From Nitrospirota bacterium (GTDB lineage Bacteria > Nitrospirota > Nitrospiria > 2-01-FULL-66-17), in contig JACQCD010000085.1 of NCBI GenBank assembly GCA_016201825.1, positions 1-62,895 of the forward strand: a DNA stretch of 62,895 nucleotides, written 5' to 3'. Below, in pieces: positions 30,006 through 42,252 of the stretch. Within the stretch, counting starts at the first letter, position 1, and every line of letters begins with the position of its first letter. The position numbers and the translations under genes were made by a program. Under the pieces are notes generated by a model that saw nothing but the letters and a program-made list of their open reading frames with translations, was not told the origin of the DNA and searched no databases.

Positions 30006-31040
30006 ATGATCTACCTCGTCACCGGCGGCGCCGGATTTATCGGCTCTCACCTCGTGGAAGCGCTGGTGAAGAAGGGGCAGCGGGTCCGCGTCCTGGATAA
30101 TTTTTCGACCGGGAAGCGCTCCAATCTGGATGAGGTGATGCAGCGGTGTGGGATAGGCGAGCAGGACCCGCGGCTGACCGTCATCGAAGGGGATATCCGA
30201 GATCGCGCGGTGTGCGAAGCCGCGGTCCGCGACGCGGACTACGTCTTGCACCAGGCGGCGCTGTCTTCGCCTTCCCGGTCGGTCGCCGATCCCCTGGGCA
30301 CGACGGCGGTCAATGTGACTGGGACGCTCAATCTGCTGTGGGCGGCCAAGGAGGCGAACGTGAAGCGCGTGGTCTTCGCCTCATCGTCAGCGGTGTACGG
30401 CGACACCCCGGTGCTGCCGAAAGTAGAGTCGCTCCCTCCTCATCCGCAATCTCCGTATGCGGTGAGCAAAGTGGCGGGGGAGCACTTCTGTCGCGTGTTT
30501 TACCGGAGCTACGGGCTGCCGACGGTCGCGCTGCGCTATTTCAAAGTCTACGGGCCCCGACAGGATGCCGAGTCGCAAGACGCCGCCGTCGTGCCCCGCT
30601 TTGTCTCGGCACTGAGGGCCGGCCAGCCCGTGACGATCTACGGGGACGGCAAGCAGTCGCGCGACTTCACCTTTATCGACGATTGTGTGCGGGCGAATCT
30701 GTTGGCGTGTCGGAGCCGGTACGCGGTTGGCGAGGTGATGAACGTGGCCTCCGGCGGTCGAACGACCATCAATGACCTGTACAGAGAGATCGCGCGATTG
30801 CTCCACGTGTCGGTCAAGCCCGACTATGCGGAGGCCCGCCCAGGGGATGTGAATCACTCGCTCGCCGACCTTCACCGGGCCGGGGCGCTTCTGGGGTACC
30901 GTCCGAAGGTAGATATCAAAACGGGGTTGAAGCATCTCATTGCTGCGCTACGCCCTGTCTCTGCCGTGGGGCGGCTCCAAGGCAACGTCAGGTTTGATGG
31001 CGAGTCGTCTCGATATCAGGGAGACTCGTTTAGCCCGTGA
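30006..31040 (+). CDS. NAD-dependent UDP-sugar 4-epimerase (WbpP/GalE-like)
   Basis: [34 protein letters not shown]. Confidence 0.92.
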   Translation: MIYLVTGGAGFIGSHLVEALVKKGQRVRVLDNFSTGKRSNLDEVMQRCGIGEQDPRLTVIEGDIRDRAVCEAAVRDADYVLHQAALSSPSRSVADPLGTTAVNVTGTLNLLWAAKEANVKRVVFASSSAVYGDTPVLPKVESLPPHPQSPYAVSKVAGEHFCRVFYRSYGLPTVALRYFKVYGPRQDAESQDAAVVPRFVSALRAGQPVTIYGDGKQSRDFTFIDDCVRANLLACRSRYAVGEVMNVASGGRTTINDLYREIARLLHVSVKPDYAEARPGDVNHSLADLHRAGALLGYRPKVDIKTGLKHLIAALRPVSAVGRLQGNVRFDGESSRYQGDSFSP

Positions 31041-31086
31041 GAACGCCTCGCTTCCTCGTCGTTGTGGTCGCGCAAGTCGGTGTGTC

Positions 31087-31629
31087 ATGCGCGTGACGGA
31101 AACCGCCCTCCCCGGCGTTCTCTTAATCGAACCTCAGGTTTTTCGTGATGCCCGTGGGATGTTTTGGGAAACCTATCACGCCTCACGGTACGCCGAGGCC
31201 GGCATCGCCCAGCCCTTCGTCCAGGACAATTATTCTCGATCGGCTCGTCACACGCTCCGCGGGCTCCATCACCAGCTCAGACGGCCCCAAGGGAAGTTGG
31301 TGTGGGTGATCAGGGGGGAGGTGTTTGATGTCGCCGTGGACATCCGACGCGGCTCGTCACACTTTGGCCGCTGGATCGGCTTGACGCTGTCGGAAGATCG
31401 TCCGGCCCAGGTGTATATCCCCCCCGGTTTCGCCCACGGATTCTGTGTCGTGAGCGAGACCGCAGATTTTGCCTACAAGTGCACCGACTTCTACGATCCG
31501 AGTGATGAGCGCGGCATTATCTGGAACGACCCCGATCTTGGAATCGCGTGGCCGGTTTCGTCGCCGGTTCTCTCACCCAAGGACCGGGGGTTTCGGACTC
31601 TTTCGGATTCGCTCAAGACCGGCCGCTGA
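31087..31629 (+). CDS. rmlC: dTDP-4-dehydrorhamnose 3,5-epimerase
   Basis: DARGMFWE, QDNYSRS, LRGLH, PGFAHGF. Confidence 0.95.
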   Translation: MRVTETALPGVLLIEPQVFRDARGMFWETYHASRYAEAGIAQPFVQDNYSRSARHTLRGLHHQLRRPQGKLVWVIRGEVFDVAVDIRRGSSHFGRWIGLTLSEDRPAQVYIPPGFAHGFCVVSETADFAYKCTDFYDPSDERGIIWNDPDLGIAWPVSSPVLSPKDRGFRTLSDSLKTGR

Positions 31630-31704
31630 GACGCATCGCGCGAGACTCATCGGGCCGACGCGCGATCCCTCGCGGAGGCCGACGAGGTGTGCGATGTTTT
31701 GATC

Positions 31705-31733
31705 TTGATCGAGCCGTCGAATTCGTATATAAC
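31705..31733 (+). promoter_or_regulatory. Putative sigma70 promoter of the upxY-led operon
   Basis: TTGATC-N17-TATAAC. Confidence 0.6.
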
Positions 31734-31739
31734 TGACAC

Positions 31740-32322
31740 GATTTCATCACTTCGGTGTGACGTCGCTCAGGCACTGCGCGGGCTTTCGTGATCAGGAATG
31801 ATGATGCGGGGCCTTCGGCATCGAGCCACGGAACGGAGGGTGTTGAGCGAACGGATTACGGGACCGACCGCGCCATGGAGGGGTGGTTGGCTGAGGGATC
31901 GGCGGGTGGCCAAACGGAGTTGGATGGCAGACCGGACTGAACTCCTCCTCGCTTCCTGGTGGAAGTCCTTCTCTGAGCGCGTCGAGCGGGTGCTTCCCCC
32001 TGGCGCCGCGCACCGCACCTGCGTGACGGCGGTCGTCGATCTCCCGTTTCCTCGGCTTCCATCGTGTTCACCTCGACTCGGCTCCGGCCGGACTCTCCCG
32101 TTGATCGAATCGGTGCCCCGGTCTGGCTGCGTCACCCAGGGGATACGGCGATCGGTGTTGAGCCGATCGGTTCGGTTGTCGAGGATGCCCATCGCGGCGG
32201 CCAGGGACGTTGACCGCAGTCGTCGCCCAGTGTGAATGGGGTCCGGTTCCCGGCTGATCCACGGGAACCGGGGAAGTGAGAATACCGATTTAGTCTATCT
32301 ATGTAGCTGAGAGGGCGGAGCT
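31740..32322 (+). promoter_or_regulatory. Long (~590 nt) putative 5' leader with a 10-bp perfect hairpin (32243-32271)
   Basis: No credible ORF; CCGGTTCCCG/CGGGAACCGG stem; directly precedes a NusG paralog. Confidence 0.45.
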
Positions 32323-32841
32323 ATGCCTGTACATGCCATGACTCCGATTCCCGGTCCTCGGTGGTACGCCGTGTCGACGCGTTCGCGTCATGAAAAGTCC
32401 GTGAGGGATCACCTCGCAGGCCACGGGGTCGAGCCACTACTGCCCTTGGTCCGGCGCGTGAGCCAATGGAAGGACCGGAAAAAGGAAGTCGATCTGCCCC
32501 TCTTCCCGGGGTACTGTTTTGCGCGGTTTACCTGGGACGTGAACCTCGTGGTGCTCAAGGCTCCTGGGGTGGTGCGGATCATCGGAGGCTGCGGCAAGCC
32601 CGAGCCGATCCCGGATGTCGAAATGGATGCCGTGAAGCTGCTGATGACCCACACGCTTCCCTATGAGTCGCATCCCTATCTCCAGGAAGGCACGAGGGTC
32701 CGTATCGTGCGCGGTCCACTCGAGGGCATGGAAGGTGTCCTTGCTCGGAAAGAGAATCGACACCGGGTGGTGATCGCGGTTCACCTCATTCAACAGGCCG
32801 CCGCGGTCGAGATGGATTGGGCCGATTTAGCCCCCGTGTGA
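32323..32841 (+). CDS. UpxY/RfaH-type NusG-paralog transcription antiterminator
   Basis: WYAVSTRSRHEK, PLFPGYCF (NGN domain), KOW GTRVRIVRGPLEGMEG. Confidence 0.93.
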   Translation: MPVHAMTPIPGPRWYAVSTRSRHEKSVRDHLAGHGVEPLLPLVRRVSQWKDRKKEVDLPLFPGYCFARFTWDVNLVVLKAPGVVRIIGGCGKPEPIPDVEMDAVKLLMTHTLPYESHPYLQEGTRVRIVRGPLEGMEGVLARKENRHRVVIAVHLIQQAAAVEMDWADLAPV

Positions 32842-32857
32842 GGAGAGAGGAGGCGCC

Positions 32858-33421
32858 GTGGACGATCAGCAGTGGTTGACGGAGTATTTTGATCGGTATC
32901 GCGCCTCGATTCTGGAGTCGGATGTTCGCGACCTCTTGATCGAGCTCAAGGATCTCATGAAAACGGCCCACGCGGCGGGGCGGAAAACGATCATCGCGGG
33001 GAACGGAGGCAGCGCCGGGATCGCGAGTCACTGCGCGGTCGATTTTGCAAAAAATGCCGGTGTGCGATGCCTGAATTTCAACGAGCCCGGGTTGATCACC
33101 TGCCTCGCCAATGATTATGGCTACGAGCGGTGGATTGAGAAAGCCTTGGCCCTGTATGCCGACCCCGGCGATCTGGTGATTCTCATCAGCTCGAGCGGGC
33201 GGTCGCTGAACATGATTCGAGCGGCCACTTACGCGCGCGGCCGTGAGTTAACGACCGTCACCTTTACCGGCTTTGCCACCGATAATCCCTTGCGGGTGCT
33301 CGGCCATCTGAACTTTTGGGTGGACAGCCGAGCCTATAACATCGTTGAGATGACGCACCACATTTGGCTGCTGGCGGTGTGCGATCTGATCATTGGGAGC
33401 GCGGAGTATCCTGCGTCCTAA
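32858..33421 (+). CDS. SIS-domain phosphosugar isomerase (GmhA-like)
   Basis: GNGGSAGIASH, ANDYGY, ISSSGRS, VEMTH. Confidence 0.88.
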   Translation: MDDQQWLTEYFDRYRASILESDVRDLLIELKDLMKTAHAAGRKTIIAGNGGSAGIASHCAVDFAKNAGVRCLNFNEPGLITCLANDYGYERWIEKALALYADPGDLVILISSSGRSLNMIRAATYARGRELTTVTFTGFATDNPLRVLGHLNFWVDSRAYNIVEMTHHIWLLAVCDLIIGSAEYPAS

Positions 33422-33458
33422 AAGGATCTCCTTCGCCGCGTATCGCGCGGATGGCTAG

Positions 33459-35855
<2,397 letters not shown>

Positions 35856-35859
<4 letters not shown>

Positions 35860-36722
35860 TCGATCGGGCGAGTCTTGGCGTTGGAACAGCCACCTTCCTT
35901 CCGCGCTATGGTCTGGCTGGGGAGGAGCTCAACGATTCGCCGCAGGCGGCGCTTTTCCAGTCCGCGGTGGAACAAGGTATCGTGTATATCGATACCGCCT
36001 CGGGGTATGGCGATAGCGAGTGCGTGCTTGGGGGGATGGCGGATCTGCTCACGTCACGCCGCGTGAGGCTCTGTACGAAACTCACTCCGAAGAGCGTGGC
36101 TGAGGGGCTTGGAGAGTCGCTTCGCCGGCTTCGAAGGGATCACGTCGACACGCTGCTGTTGCACAGCGCGCGAGGCGACGAGCTGACCGACCAGGCCGTC
36201 GCCGATGCGTTGGCGGCCATGAAGGACCGCCGCCACACCCAGCGAACCGGCGCCTCGACCTATGGCGCCGCCGACGCGCAACTCGCCCTGGGTCAGCCTT
36301 GGTGCGATGTGGTCCAGGTCGAGCACAGCATTCTGAACCCCTCGGTGGTCACCGTGCTCGAGCGGGCGAAGCGTTCGAACCAAGAGATTGTCGTGCGAAG
36401 CGTCTTGTGCAAGGGGCTGCTGACGGCCCGCCGCCACCGGGCGAGGCATCTGGATGCCTCCGCGAGAACGATGCTTGATCGGATCGAGAGTCGGGCGTTC
36501 GAATGGGGAATGGACCTGGAGGAGCTTGGGGTCCGCTTCGCACTGGACACGCCGGGCGTCGACGTCGTGCTGGTCGGGATCAGTCATCCCGCGGAGTTGG
36601 AGAAGGCGCTGGCCGCAGCACAGCGCCCGCCCCTCGACGCGTGGCAGATGGAGTCCCTGGAGGAGTTTGACTGCTCCATGCAGGATTGGTCCCACCCTGA
36701 ACGATGGTTGGTGCCGACGTGA
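35856..36722 (+). CDS. Aldo/keto reductase
   Basis: LGVGT...YG, IDTASGYGDSE, LLLHS, GASTY, VVRSVLCKGLL. Confidence 0.88.
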
Positions 36723-37723
36723 CTGGGGCGACTCGCGTGACGGTCATCGCGGAAGTGGCCCAGGGTTTCGAAGGGGACCCGTCCTTGGCCGTGATGTTCG
36801 TCCGGGCTGCGGCGGCCGGCGAGGCGGATCTCGTCAAGTTTCAACTGGTCTATGCCGACGAACTCGCGACGCCCGACTACCTCCATTACGAGTTGTTTCA
36901 ACGTCTCGAAATGTCGGATGCCGAATGGGAACGGGTGGCCGCCGAGGCGCGACGCGCCCACGTTGGTTTGGCGTTCGACGTGTATGGCCAGCAGTCGCTC
37001 CGCGTCGCGCTCAAGTGTGGGGCAGATGCCGTGAAGTTGCATGCGACCGACTTCTTCAACGCTCCGCTCGTTGAGGCCGTGCTCGGTCAGGCGCCGCGCG
37101 TGTTCTTGTCGGCGGGAGGCATCACGGTTGAAGAAGTGGCCGCCTTTCTCCGACCGTTGGAACCTTCAACGCTGAGCAAGCTGACCCTTCTGTATGGTTT
37201 TCAAGCCGAGCCCACCGCCGTGAGCCAAAACTACTTGGCCCGGTTGGCGACGTTGAGGATGAGATTCCCAGCTCTCCAACTCGGGTTCATGGACCATGCC
37301 GAGGGGGATTCCGACGAAGCCGGTTGGCTCGGGGTGTTGGCGCTCCCGTTCGGCGTCACGGCGATCGAAAAGCACCTTACTCTGGATCGTTCGCTCATGC
37401 TGGAAGATTATGTCTCCGCGCTGAGTCCTCGAGATTTTGCCCGATACGTGGCGCGCCTTCGCGCGGCCGGCGCCGCGCTGGGAAGCGGGGACCTCGAACT
37501 GACGCCGCCCGAATGCGTCTACCGGTCGAAAGCCCTCAAGACCGTCGTGGCGGCGCGTTCCTTGACGAGTGGGGCAACGATTCAGAGCGGGGATGTCGTC
37601 CTCCTCCGCGCGCCGCTCGCCGAGGGGCGCGAGCCTCTTCATCGGCTACCCGAGGTTGTCGACCGCCGGATCACCCGGGATGTGAATCGAGGACAGCCGG
37701 TGTATCGGGAGGATCTGGCGTGA
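36704..37723 (+). CDS. Divergent NeuB-family nonulosonate synthase with C-terminal SAF domain
   Basis: IAEVAQGFEGD, ADLVKFQ, GFMDH, IEKHLTLDRS. Confidence 0.85.
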   Translation: MVGADVTGATRVTVIAEVAQGFEGDPSLAVMFVRAAAAGEADLVKFQLVYADELATPDYLHYELFQRLEMSDAEWERVAAEARRAHVGLAFDVYGQQSLRVALKCGADAVKLHATDFFNAPLVEAVLGQAPRVFLSAGGITVEEVAAFLRPLEPSTLSKLTLLYGFQAEPTAVSQNYLARLATLRMRFPALQLGFMDHAEGDSDEAGWLGVLALPFGVTAIEKHLTLDRSLMLEDYVSALSPRDFARYVARLRAAGAALGSGDLELTPPECVYRSKALKTVVAARSLTSGATIQSGDVVLLRAPLAEGREPLHRLPEVVDRRITRDVNRGQPVYREDLA

Positions 37724-39885
37724 GAACACTGGTGGCCGCGTTGGCTTGTCGTGCGGGCGGGAGTCGGCTGTATGGGAAGCCGCTCCAGCTTCTGGACCTG
37801 ACGCGGAAGTTGAGCGTGATCGAGTACATGATCGAATCCCTCAAAACGGAGCCATCGATTGCGGAGATCGTCCTCGGCGTGTCTCAAGGCACGGAGAACG
37901 AACCGTTTCATGAGGTGGCGAGCCGCTACGGACTTCGATCCATCCGCGGCGATGAGATCGACGTGCTGGGGCGACTGATTCAGTGCGGTGAAGCGAGCGG
38001 CGCGAGCGATATCTTTCGGGTCACCACGGAGTCCCCGTTTACCTATCTGGACCCGTTGGCCGACGCGTGGCGGTTCCATCGCGACAACGGCAATGACCTG
38101 ACCGCCATCGATGGAGCGCCGGAGGGGTCGTCATTCGAAATCTACACGATGGAGGCCCTTCGCCGCTCCCACGAGCGCGGCGAGTCTCGTCACCGGTCGG
38201 AGTGCTGCAGCCTCTACGTCCGAGAACATCTTGAGGAATTCAGGATTCAGGTGCTGGAAGTGCCGTCCGAGTTGCAGCGATTGGATCTGAGGTTGACGAT
38301 CGACTACCCGGAAGACCTGGTGGTGTGCCGACGAGTGTATGCGCACCTTCGATCTCAAGCGCCGCGCATCCCGCTTGCCGGGATCGTGGAGTTTCTCGAT
38401 GCGCGTCCGGACCTCACCGCGCTGGTTGAACCCTACGTGGTTCCTCAACGGCTGTACCCCGTGACGTATCGGATGTCGCGGCCCGAACCGGTCGCAACCC
38501 GATCGATCCGAGTCTTGCGCGCGTCGGACGACTACCGAGCGCAATCGCACCGGTTCATTCCGGGGGGAGCCCATACCTACTCGAAGGGCGACGATCAGTT
38601 CCCGGCCTCGGCGCCGGCGGCCATGGCGCGAGGCCGAGGCGCACGGGTGTGGGATATCGACGGCAACGAGTACGTCGATTGCGCCATGGCGCTCGGCTCG
38701 GTGAGTTTGGGACATGCCTACGGGCCGGTCCTCGACGCGGTGAGGGAGCAGTTGAGGCTTGGCGCCAATTTCCAGCGCCCGGCCGCCATCGAACTGGAAT
38801 TCGCGCGCGAGTTCGTGTCCGCGGTGCCCGGCGCGGAACGGGTGAAGTTCGCGAAGAACGGGTCCAGCGTAACCACCGCCGCCGTCAAGTTAGCCCGTGC
38901 CTTTACGGGGCGGGAACTCGTGGCCTTTCCGGGCAACCACGCATTTTACAGCTATGACGACTGGTTCATCGGGAGCACGCTGTGCCACGCGGGGATTCCA
39001 GACGCCCACCGCGCGCTGTCGCTGACGTACGATTCGACCCGTCCCGACACGCTGGAGCGTTTGTTCCGGGATCATTCCGATCGGATCGCGTGTGTGATCA
39101 CCGAACCGGAGGAATTGATCCCGGCCTCCTCGGACGCCCTGCGCGAGGTCGCCTCGCTGGCTCGCCGATATGGCGCCGTGTTCGTTGCCGACGAGATGGT
39201 GACCGGCTACCGCGCCGGGTGGCCGGGAGCCTGCGCGGCCATGGGGATTCTTCCCGACCTCGCCACATGGGGCAAGGCGATTGGAAACGGCTTCTCCTTT
39301 TGCGCCCTGACGGGACGCGCGGACATCATGGACTTGGGCGGGATCAAACAGACGGCAGCGCCTCGCGTGTTTCTCGCCTCGACCACCCACGGCGGCGAGG
39401 CCCACGCGATCGCGGCTGCGCAGGCCGTGATGCGGACCTACCAGACCCATGACGTGCTGGGACATCATCGACGAACCGTGGCGGCGGTCGCGGCCGGCAT
39501 GCAGGCCAGCGTGGCGGCTCACGGGCTCAAGGATCTGGTGGAAGTGCATGCCGCGCCGTGGCGGGTGGTCACCGTCTGCCGCGATGCCGGCGGCCGACCT
39601 TCGTCCGGGCTGCGTACGCTCCTCCTTCAAGAGATGATCGGGCGCGGCGTGCTGTTTCAGGGCGTGTTTCTGCCCTGCTTTGCCCATACGGACGCCGACG
39701 TGGTTCGAATCACCGCGGCGTTTGAGGCGTCGTGCACGGTGTACCGCCAGGCCCTCGATCACGGGGTGGAGCGCTTCCTCATCGGGGCTCCGACCCGTCC
39801 GGTGTTTCGAAAGTACAATGGCTGCGAACAGGTCTGTCCTGCCCGGCCGTGCCCGCTGGAGGCGACGTGCCGGAAGGACGCATGA
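37720..39885 (+). CDS. Fusion of SpsF/PseF-type cytidylyltransferase and class III PLP aminotransferase (GSA-aminomutase-like)
   Basis: N-terminal ACRAGGSRLYGKP...LTIDYPED; C-terminal PGGAHTYSKGDDQ, FAKNGS, DEMVTG, TWGKAIGNG; GTG overlaps the upstream stop. Confidence 0.88.
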   Translation: MRTLVAALACRAGGSRLYGKPLQLLDLTRKLSVIEYMIESLKTEPSIAEIVLGVSQGTENEPFHEVASRYGLRSIRGDEIDVLGRLIQCGEASGASDIFRVTTESPFTYLDPLADAWRFHRDNGNDLTAIDGAPEGSSFEIYTMEALRRSHERGESRHRSECCSLYVREHLEEFRIQVLEVPSELQRLDLRLTIDYPEDLVVCRRVYAHLRSQAPRIPLAGIVEFLDARPDLTALVEPYVVPQRLYPVTYRMSRPEPVATRSIRVLRASDDYRAQSHRFIPGGAHTYSKGDDQFPASAPAAMARGRGARVWDIDGNEYVDCAMALGSVSLGHAYGPVLDAVREQLRLGANFQRPAAIELEFAREFVSAVPGAERVKFAKNGSSVTTAAVKLARAFTGRELVAFPGNHAFYSYDDWFIGSTLCHAGIPDAHRALSLTYDSTRPDTLERLFRDHSDRIACVITEPEELIPASSDALREVASLARRYGAVFVADEMVTGYRAGWPGACAAMGILPDLATWGKAIGNGFSFCALTGRADIMDLGGIKQTAAPRVFLASTTHGGEAHAIAAAQAVMRTYQTHDVLGHHRRTVAAVAAGMQASVAAHGLKDLVEVHAAPWRVVTVCRDAGGRPSSGLRTLLLQEMIGRGVLFQGVFLPCFAHTDADVVRITAAFEASCTVYRQALDHGVERFLIGAPTRPVFRKYNGCEQVCPARPCPLEATCRKDA

Positions 39886-39925
39886 GGCCGTCGCGCCGCG
39901 GCCATTCAGACGGTCGGCTTCCCAG

Positions 39926-40990
39926 GTGAATCTCCTCTTTCGGGTCGACGCCTCGGTCGAAATCGGGATGGGGCACCTCATGCGCTGTCTAGCCTTGGCC
40001 CAAGAGTGTCATCAAGCGGGCGACGATCTCCTGTTCGTCATGGCAACGCCCATGCCGACGTGTGTCGCCAGGGTTCGCTCGGAAGGGTTCCGCGTGGCGT
40101 CGATCAGCGCCCACCCCGGAAGCGACATGGACGCGAGCGAGACCGCCGCGATGGCCGATCAGATGAATAGTCCGTGGGTGGTAATCGACGGCTACCACTT
40201 TGCCGCCCGTTACCAGCAGATCATCAAGGGTGCGGGGTTTCGGCTCCTCATGGTGGATGACTGGGCGCATGCCGACTCCTATTGCGCCGACATCGTCTTG
40301 AATCAAAACATTGGCGCCGAAGAGCGGCTCTATCGATGCCGAGAACCTCACAGTGTCCTGCTGCTGGGGACTGGCTACGCCCTCTTGCGTCGGGAGTTTT
40401 TGGAGTGGCGGGGACGGCGAGATCGGGTGATCCCCAGCGTGGCCCGGAGGGTGCTGGTGACGTTTGGAGGATGCGATCCCGCCAATGCGGCGCTGACGGT
40501 CCTCCACGCCCTAGAGCGGATCCATGAGGCCGGCCAGGACCTGGATGTGGTGGTGGTCAGTGGCGGCGGCAATCCACACCACGATCGGCTCCAGTCGGCC
40601 GTCGAAACGTCTCCGTTGGCGGTGCGTCTTGTCCAGGACGCGAGGAATATGCCCGAGCTGATGGCGTGGGCGGATCTGGCTGTTTCGGGGGGGGGCAGCA
40701 CGTCATGGGAGCTCGCGTTTATGGGAGCGCCTTCCGCCTTGGTGGTCCTGGCGAAGAATCAACAGGCCGTTGTGACGGGGTTGGCTGGCGCCGGGGTCGC
40801 GGTGAACCTGGGGTGGATCAACGAGGTGTCGACCGCGCGGCTCGTAGACGTCTTAACGCGCCTGATGCGCGACCCCGCTCAGCGCCGCCTCATGTCCAAT
40901 CTGGGCCAGAAGTTGGTCGACGGGGGCGGGAGGGCGCGAGTGCGTCAAGCCCTGCACGAGCGGTTGCCGGCGAAATTGGTGGGAACGTGA
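39926..40990 (+). CDS. pseG: UDP-2,4-diacetamido-trideoxy-altrose hydrolase
   Basis: FRVDASVEIGMGHLMRCLALA, IDGYHF, LLRREF, TFGGCD, GGGSTSWEL. Confidence 0.9.
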   Translation: MNLLFRVDASVEIGMGHLMRCLALAQECHQAGDDLLFVMATPMPTCVARVRSEGFRVASISAHPGSDMDASETAAMADQMNSPWVVIDGYHFAARYQQIIKGAGFRLLMVDDWAHADSYCADIVLNQNIGAEERLYRCREPHSVLLLGTGYALLRREFLEWRGRRDRVIPSVARRVLVTFGGCDPANAALTVLHALERIHEAGQDLDVVVVSGGGNPHHDRLQSAVETSPLAVRLVQDARNMPELMAWADLAVSGGGSTSWELAFMGAPSALVVLAKNQQAVVTGLAGAGVAVNLGWINEVSTARLVDVLTRLMRDPAQRRLMSNLGQKLVDGGGRARVRQALHERLPAKLVGT

Positions 40991-41012
40991 CCAGCGAAGC
41001 GAGGAACGGTCG

Positions 41013-41201
41013 ATGAGATCGAGGGCGATCCCTGTGATCGAGATCGACGGGCGACGGGTCGGGCCCGGCCAGCCGTTTTATATGGATTTAGTTCAAGATA
41101 GAGAATGGCGAGAACAGAGAAGTCGATCTGGCCGTCTTCTGGGAAATGGACAGGGTTCAAAGCGGGTGGCGAAAGTAATGGTGAAGGCCAGCAAGATATG
41201 A
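41013..41201 (+). pseudogene. Chimeric scar: 5' stub of a NeuB/PseI gene fused to the 3' tail of a foreign pseG
   Basis: Codons 1-23 resemble the PseI N-terminus; the remainder aligns with the PseG C-terminus; abrupt GC drop at ~41082. Confidence 0.75.
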
Positions 41202-42250
41202 CCGCCAGACCAATCAAGATTGGTGACCGTTTGGTGGGAGATAGGGAACGATGTTACATTGTCGCTGAGGCGGGTAGCAATCATAATGGAAAGTTCGAAC
41301 AAGCACTACGACTTATTGACGTAGCCGTTGAGGCAGGGGCGGATGCGGTTAAATTCCAGACCTTTAAGGCTGAACGAATGTATCCCGAGACAGCGGGACA
41401 GTCTGACTATTTAAAGATCAATCGCTCAATATGTGACATTATCCGTGAGATGGAGATGCCTTCAGATTGGCTTCCTCATCTTGCCGATTATTGCCGCCAG
41501 AGTAACATCGAATTCATCTCTTCTCCATTTGACGAAAGCTCTGCAGATTTATTGGAACCTTATGTGAATGTTTTCAAAGTCGCCTCGTATGAGATGACCC
41601 ATGTCCCGTTACTGCGCCATCTTGCACGAAAGGGAAAACCTTTAATTGTCTCTACTGGGACTGCAACGCTGGAAGAGGTTAAGTCTGCTATAGAGGTAAT
41701 ACGTGCCGAAGGAAGCAATCAGGTTATTCTCCTCCAATGCACGGCCAGCTACCCGGCCCCAATAGATACAATAAATGTCCGTGCGGTTGTCACTCTTCGT
41801 GAAGCTACCGGCTTACTGACAGGGCTCTCAGATCATTCACGAGACCCCATCGTTGCCCCTATGGCTGCGGTCGCGTTAGGGGCATGTCTGATTGAAAAGC
41901 ATTTTACTTTGAGCAATCGCTTGCCGGGTCCTGATCATCAGTTTGCAATAGAGCCTAGCGAACTGGCCGAACTTGTACGCCGGGTTCGGGAAGTAGAAAA
42001 GGTGCTGGGACATGGTCGAAAGGAGACTTTTTCTGTTGAGGATGAATTACGAGCATTTGCAAGGCGTAGTATCTTTGCGACCCGTGATATCTCTGCTCGG
42101 GAAACGCTGACACCTGATAATATTGCGGTTCTACGTTGCGGAAAGTTAGGGTTTGGTCTGCCTCCAATGGAGTTTGACAAAATGTTGGGCCGAAAGGCGG
42201 TAAGACCAATTGCGAAGGAATCCCTGGTTACTTTCGACGCTGTGGAATAA
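41198..42250 (+). CDS. NeuB/PseI-family nonulosonic acid synthase (lower-GC block)
   Basis: VAEAGSNHNG, ADAVKFQT, KVASYE, GLSDHS, IEKHFT, SAF domain. Confidence 0.93.
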   Translation: MTARPIKIGDRLVGDRERCYIVAEAGSNHNGKFEQALRLIDVAVEAGADAVKFQTFKAERMYPETAGQSDYLKINRSICDIIREMEMPSDWLPHLADYCRQSNIEFISSPFDESSADLLEPYVNVFKVASYEMTHVPLLRHLARKGKPLIVSTGTATLEEVKSAIEVIRAEGSNQVILLQCTASYPAPIDTINVRAVVTLREATGLLTGLSDHSRDPIVAPMAAVALGACLIEKHFTLSNRLPGPDHQFAIEPSELAELVRRVREVEKVLGHGRKETFSVEDELRAFARRSIFATRDISARETLTPDNIAVLRCGKLGFGLPPMEFDKMLGRKAVRPIAKESLVTFDAVE

Positions 42251-42252
42251 AT

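Noticed and set aside
31798-32235. 145-aa plus-strand ORF in the upxY leader
   Set aside because: No recognisable motif, Arg/Ser-rich, atypical codon use; treated as non-coding leader
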